Shown here piece after piece: positions 54,962-64,000 of a DNA stretch of 64,000 nucleotides. Positions within the stretch are counted from its first letter, which is position 1; every line of letters begins with the position of its first letter. A program made the translations under genes and the position numbers. This DNA is from Macrostomum lignano (lineage: Eukaryota). The stretch lies in NCBI GenBank assembly GCA_002269645.1, contig NIVC01003032.1, positions 59,934 through 123,933 of the forward strand, given 5' to 3'. Under the pieces are notes generated by a model. The model ran no database searches. It saw only the letters and a program-made list of their open reading frames with translations, and was not told the DNA's origin.

Positions 54962-56250
54962 TTTGACTTACGGTTTAGGCTTAACTGAAAGCTGTGTTTA
55001 ATTTTTGAGGCTCAATTCTTAGGAACAAGGTCAAGGACTGTGACTATATGGTTTCTCTTGTCACTTCAATGTTTTTTTCGACAATTTGATGTCTGCCTCC
55101 CTCGTTCAACGACAATTTTGAGGACGGGGGTTTTGAATTTAAGTTAGACTGTGGTTTTTATAGTCTAACTTGATAAATAAATGTATCCTTCCGAGCACAA
55201 CATTTAGTTCTCCTAATTTAAACACAGACCGGTGTTTGCTGGTGGGGTTTTGGTTAACTAAGTTTGGCGATAAAGTTTTAAAGTTTAAACTTTGCGCAGA
55301 ATAACTTATGGATTAAAACAAAGGCTGTGTTGATAATGGCTCTGTCTGCTGAGTTTTTCACGTTTAGATGAAGAGAGTAGCAGTGGCTGTAGCTGAGCGG
55401 TCCTAGTCGATTTCAAACAGTAAATACTTCTCGAATTACATTTGCCTTGCTGAAAAATTGTATTCTAGCACAGAATTTTAGGATTTCCATTAGTAAATCC
55501 TAGAGGTGTTACTATGAGTAGCCGCTACGACTACCACGGATTCACGGAGAAGAAAACTAAATATTCCTAGCTCGGGTAGTCGGTATTAGTGTATCTTCTT
55601 CGGTTGAAATTAGAGTCTTTATTCTTTCTTTCGGTGTACGAGTGAGTGAGATGCTCATTCGTGCTAAAACAAAATGTGAGCGGAAAGAGCGCGAAAACTC
55701 TAAAAAGTCTCTTGCCCAAAAGACGTGGCAGAGACGTGTCGTTGTTTGAAAGGTCAATAACACAATTTAGCCACCTATCGACTATACATATACGTGTATT
55801 TTGCATGTACATGTAATTATTGACGATTTTTTTTCCGTGAGACTGACTAATTAGAAAAGGCTGATTACAGGTTAGCCTCCCTCCCTCAAAATATTGAGCC
55901 TGCAACCGTAGTGACTGAGTGGTTGAATGCTTGCCTGGAACACTCAAAGCACTAACGAATTGCTGTTTCCTTCAGTCTGTTCTAATTTGTTGTTGACGTG
56001 CATGCAGATCTTGAGCCAAATTTACCAGTTTTAGGTCTTAACTCTTTCCCGGTCTTCTTGATATTACTATAAGTAGTCATCGTCTCGCGAAAAAGATGCA
56101 TATATCTATTGTAGTGACTGGCTGCTAACTGGTTATTCAGCAGCATTCACTAGCTTTCCCTGAGAGTGCTGTGATCCGCTGCACAGTAGCTCAGTCCACC
56201 TGATCTAGTGAGAGAGTTACCCAGTGCTGGGCCTAAGTGTTTACTGCCCG

Positions 56251-56596
56251 ATGACTCATCGCCTGAGCAGGCGCGGGCAGCCACACTCAATGTCTTCCCA
56301 CACGCGCTGAGGAGGCGTAGCAGGATGACTCATCACCTGCGCGGAGTGTAAGGGCTGCCTAGAGGGAGTAAACAGGATGACTCATCCGCCCAAGTTCTAT
56401 TTTTAGCACAGAATAAGCACGTGACTGTGCACGCACGCGGTGCGTGGCCACTGACCTTGAGTACGCCACTGCTGCGTGACAGGCTTGCCTTATTTGGAAG
56501 TTGGCTCGCATGATTTTAGTGACGCAAATAAGGAAGTTTCACGCGCTCACCGCATGAAACTCACGTGACTTTTGGGGGTCCGCTCGGCTATAAATA
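56251..56596 (+). promoter_or_regulatory. Pol II promoter/enhancer-like module: 3 AP-1 sites, 2 E-boxes, TATA box
   Basis: GATGACTCATC with cores at 56251, 56325 and 56377; CACGTG at 56418 and 56562; TATAAATA at 56589-56596; AATAAA near 57133. Confidence 0.55.
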
Positions 56597-57279
56597 CGGA
56601 GCATCTGCGAGCCATTTTTCTCCAGATCGCGTCGTCCTGTCTTGGCTCGACCGGAGCTGCCTCTCTGCCTCCGAGCTCTCCTCTCTCATTTCAGGTTTTA
56701 CAGGTTTTCAGGTTCGAGCAGCATTCTACTAAGACGATCGACTGTCGAGACATTTTTCAGATTTGCCTTTGCTCCGAGCGACTTTGTTATTTTATTTCAG
56801 GTGACGGATAGACAACTCTGCCGACGCGTCGAGTCCGCCACACCAAGGTGGCAGCACCCTACCAAGTCACGACTAACGTTTTAGGTTCATTTTCAGGCAA
56901 ATCGATAGGTAGTACTGCCGGTGCTATCTAGCTTCTTCAGGAGCAGCGGGTTCTATTTTCTAGGAACACCTTCAAGAACCCGAGGAGTAGAAGTCTAACA
57001 CTATAATATTTTAGAGTAGTGCGTATGACGTTGTAGGCATAGCTTCTCCTATGCGACTGAGCCTTTGTTACGCTCGTATTTCTGAGCAAGACACAAGACA
57101 GATAGGTAAGAAAGTTAACAGATCGTAAGCAGAATAAAACCCCTTTTTGTATAGCACTTTAATCCAATCGAATTCCCGACAAGGATTACTAGGCCTTGAT
57201 TCCCTATTGGCAATTTAAAACAAGCTTGAAGGCAATAAGGACCACTAGGAACACTTGGTTATCCCACACGGAGAAGATA

Positions 57280-57592
57280 GTGTCATTCTGCTTGACCGTG
57301 AGTGTTACTCATTAGTGCCATTCTGCTTGACCGTGAGTGTCACTCATTAGTGTCATTCTGCTTGACCGTGAGTGTTATTCATTAGTGTCATTCTGCTTGA
57401 CCGTGAATGCTACTCATAAGTGTCATTCTGCTTGACCGTGAGTGTCACTCATTAGTGTCATTCTGCCTGACCGTGAGTGTTATTCATTAGTTTCATTCTG
57501 CTTGACGGTGAATGCTACTCATTAGTGTCATTCTGCTTGACCGTGAGTGCCACTCATTAGTGTCATTCTGCTTGACCGTGAGTGTAACTCAA
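57280..57592. repeat. 35-bp minisatellite (AGTGTCATTCTGCTTGACCGTGAGTGTTACTCATT)n
   Basis: About 9 units. Confidence 0.94.
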
Positions 57593-57964
57593 TCCATCCT
57601 CTTAATTCCACCAGTGACACCAAGGAACTGCTCCAGAAAAGACCAGAGGACCACTTGTCTTCGGGAAGTCAGAAAACCGCCAAACAGCCAAGTCAGTTTT
57701 TTCTTTTTATATTTATTATTCAACAAATTAAGCCCAGTAAATTCTTGAAGATTAGAATTTGAACATAAAGAATATTAGCAAGTTTAAAGCAACAAAATGC
57801 TTATCAAACGATGAACTTCCTCCATACAATATCCTGTAAGTAGCGATTCTAAAAGCATAACGAGTACTTACAGTATGTTGCGAGTCGCTACAATCACTCC
57901 AACTTGCTTTTGTCATTCAAGTTGGTACACTGCTACTGTATGGTACTGGTATACTGAAAGTACA

Positions 57965-61640
<3,676 letters not shown>

Positions 61641-62946
61641 AAGCTTTCAGATTATCAAAGTAAGAAATGAACTGGAAAAAAACTTTCAGTTAGGACTTTG
61701 CAAAGTAAAACCGCTTTTAATGTATAAAATAAAAGTCAAGTATCAACACGAGCAGCATGGGCTGTAGAGGAAGGTCTTGACCATAGACAAAACTTATTTG
61801 GGCGTTCACAGCGCGGGAGGGCATGAATCCTAGACTAGCCTGGGACTATTAATATTATTGTAGTTGTTTTTGGCTTTGGGTGAAAAATTGCCCAGTAGCT
61901 AAGTTTATTCAAGCCTATACAGTAAGTGAAGATAATAGACCTTATGCCTCAGAGTCATACTCCCTTGCTGTATAGAGTTAACTCACCACTCTCTGAAAAT
62001 CCCTCTGTGACTGCGATACGACGATATGACCTACCAATCATGACGATAGACCGTACATTATCAGCAAAATAACATGTCTCAGCGGTACCGCGTCTTTTTC
62101 ACGCAAAAGCTGCTTGCCTCCTCGCCGACAGCAGATAGACTACCGCCTTGATCTTCAAGAAAGAAAAGGCAATCTGCGATCTAACTAAAATACCTGTGAT
62201 GGCATTAGAAACCTTTCTCGTTTACTCCAACCATCTACAGCTTTATCAACGCGCCAGGATTAACGATGAAGTTTTGTTTTGTTCCAGTTTCTGTTGTTTC
62301 TGAAGCTAAATTTCGCTATTGATGCTTGAAAAACGCTTTCACAGTCGATTAAAATTCACATGTGACTTGGGACTTTTTTAGCTTTGAAAACTGCCACGGG
62401 TAGTGCAAAGAAATTGTCATAATCATTCATCCGGACGGTTGTTTTGTTAACAATCGTTTGGTCATGCAAGAACTTGTATGACAAATGATTTTGAAAGACA
62501 ATAGAGCGTTTCACAGGTGAATGAATTGTCAAAAACGTAAGAAATTTGCTTGCACAATACAAATACTTTCTCTTCTTGTCTTCATGCTCTGTCGAATCAG
62601 TCGAGCGAGTCTTTTTAATCGACCACGATGACAATAAATACCGAAGCGGATCGAAAGTTTGCAGCGAAAATCTAACGAGTGTAGCAAGTCACCGCAGCCT
62701 CACGGAATGGGTAAACGCAATGCTGTTGGCAGCATGAGTAAGTGCTGTTAAACTAGTCAATAGCCTTTCAATTGTGCTCCCATATCTTTATTGCATGTAC
62801 CTGTGTAACGCTACCTAATGCACGTCATGTAACATTTAGTACGTACTGACACAGAATAGAAACTTTATTATAAATTCACCACCAGGTGCCCGAGCGACAT
62901 TGTCCAGGTAGAAAATCAGCGACGCCAAAGCTTAGCCCTGAGCGAA

Positions 62947-64000
62947 ATGGTGTCGGAGGCAAGCGAGGCCGCCAGCGACGCTAGCAGTGCCACCGGAGCC
63001 AAGGCGTCTCGCTCCTCCAGGCTCATTGAAGATTTTCTCGCTCGCGAAGAGCGCAGAGGAAGCTGGTACTACCGGCTGAGAATGATTGTCATTCTAGCTC
63101 TGCCGCTCACCCTGGCCATCGGATTTGCCGGCTCGGAGATCTACTTTGCTGCTCAATCTCTGATTCGCGGCATTAGCATTGACGAATACTTGAGCTCGAA
63201 GAATCAGCTCGATGGCCTCAGCTATGCCCTCATGCAGGAGGGGATTTTGACGACAGTTACTTCTGTCAGTCCAAACAACGTTAAATCCCGCTTGAGCTGT
63301 CGGCTAGCCGTGAACTGGTTGATGTGGGGGCAGAGACTCATCTGCCAAACTGGGCTCAGCAACTGTTGGCGAATGCGTCCGGCACGTGGCGTCGCAATGG
63401 TTTCGTTTCCTGAGCTGCCGGTTGAAACGAGACGATCATTAGGACTAACGCTGATGCCTGGGCCAGAGATATCCATCGAATATTCAGCATCGGCTCAGAT
63501 TTCTCATACCGACTGGCCACCATCAAATCTGTACGTGTCCGAGCGGGAAATGTGGGCCGGCATGCACGCTGACAGAGTTCTGGTGTTGTACGCTGACTAC
63601 ATCGCCATCACCGCGGGCTTGGGATACGCCTACTTCACGGAATGCGCGAGTCGCTGGCCTCACTGGCCTGGTTCGTCGCCTAACCGGAGGCATCGCCGAC
63701 CTTCGAGTGAACAGCGGCCGAGCCCTTCCAAGGCCAGCAAGTTTTTTGCCAAGGAGCTGAACACCAGCGCAGCCAACGGCAAGGCCGCACTTGTGGCTAA
63801 GCATGTCAGATGAAATCGCGCGTCAGTCGCTTGACCGATGCGTCAACGCCACCGTGTTGGAGAGGCGCAACCTGGCTGAACTGTGCTGTACCTCAGCCAA
63901 GACCACTGGGCGAATGTGCGAGAATATCATAATCAGCTAGACAACCTGCTGAACGCGCAGAATTAAAGCGGCAATCGCGACTCAACCTCCTACACAATTG
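62947..64000 (+). pseudogene. Membrane-anchored protein with NIT-domain/receptor guanylate cyclase-like N-terminal region, disrupted by frameshifts; probably continues past the window end
   Basis: Basic stretch plus TM (YYRLRMIVILALPLTLAIGFAG), then LSYALMQEG, VLYADYIAITAGLGYAYF and, in other frames, SLAWFVA and HWANVREYHNQLDNLL. These echo animal NIT-GC ectodomains. Recognised by eye only. Confidence 0.35.

Noticed and set aside
55380-55430. tRNA-like 5' arm (GGCTGTAGCTGAGCGGTC)
   Set aside because: No anticodon or T arm and no acceptor-stem pairing.
55507-57120. Defined solo LTR TGTTAC...TTAACA
   Set aside because: The flanks (AGAGG vs GATCG) do not form a TSD and the poly(A) signal falls outside, so the boundaries are not supported.
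62356-62737. Short ORFs between GT32 and the NIT-like gene
   Set aside because: No recognisable motifs, codon bias or splice context.

Overview
Eukaryotic (metazoan) genomic DNA. GC-rich exons, poly-Q/poly-A tracts and introns packed with minisatellites suggest the flatworm Macrostomum lignano; this is an inference and was not verified. I reconstructed spliced genes by hand from GT-AG sites and codon phase. On the + strand: a GDA1/CD39 NTPDase, the 3' part of a Gab/DOS/FRS2-like docking adaptor, JAGN1, and a disrupted membrane protein resembling NIT-domain receptor guanylate cyclases. On the - strand: a 12+ exon ankyrin-repeat gene, an IRF2BP-family gene, CDC5L and a GT32 (DXD) glycosyltransferase. 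Most long ORFs in the track are minisatellite artefacts. The main structural result is that CDC5L exon 1 (MPRINIKGGVWRNSE, 54917-54961) lies 11.9 kb from exon 2. That intron holds a nest of DNA transposons: a hAT MITE with an 8-bp TSD, a ~2-kb foldback palindrome built of ~150-bp subrepeats, an old inverted-repeat element, a 642-bp non-autonomous hAT, and a 6.4-kb full-length hAT. The full-length hAT has perfect 18-bp TIRs, an 8-bp TSD and a spliced zinc-finger transposase broken only by one missing A in a homopolymer. Other points of interest: a private minisatellite in most introns, a satellite grown inside a hAT-like element, a possibly translated Cys-containing minisatellite, a CDC5L lacking its TP-rich middle, and an AP-1/E-box/TATA module.
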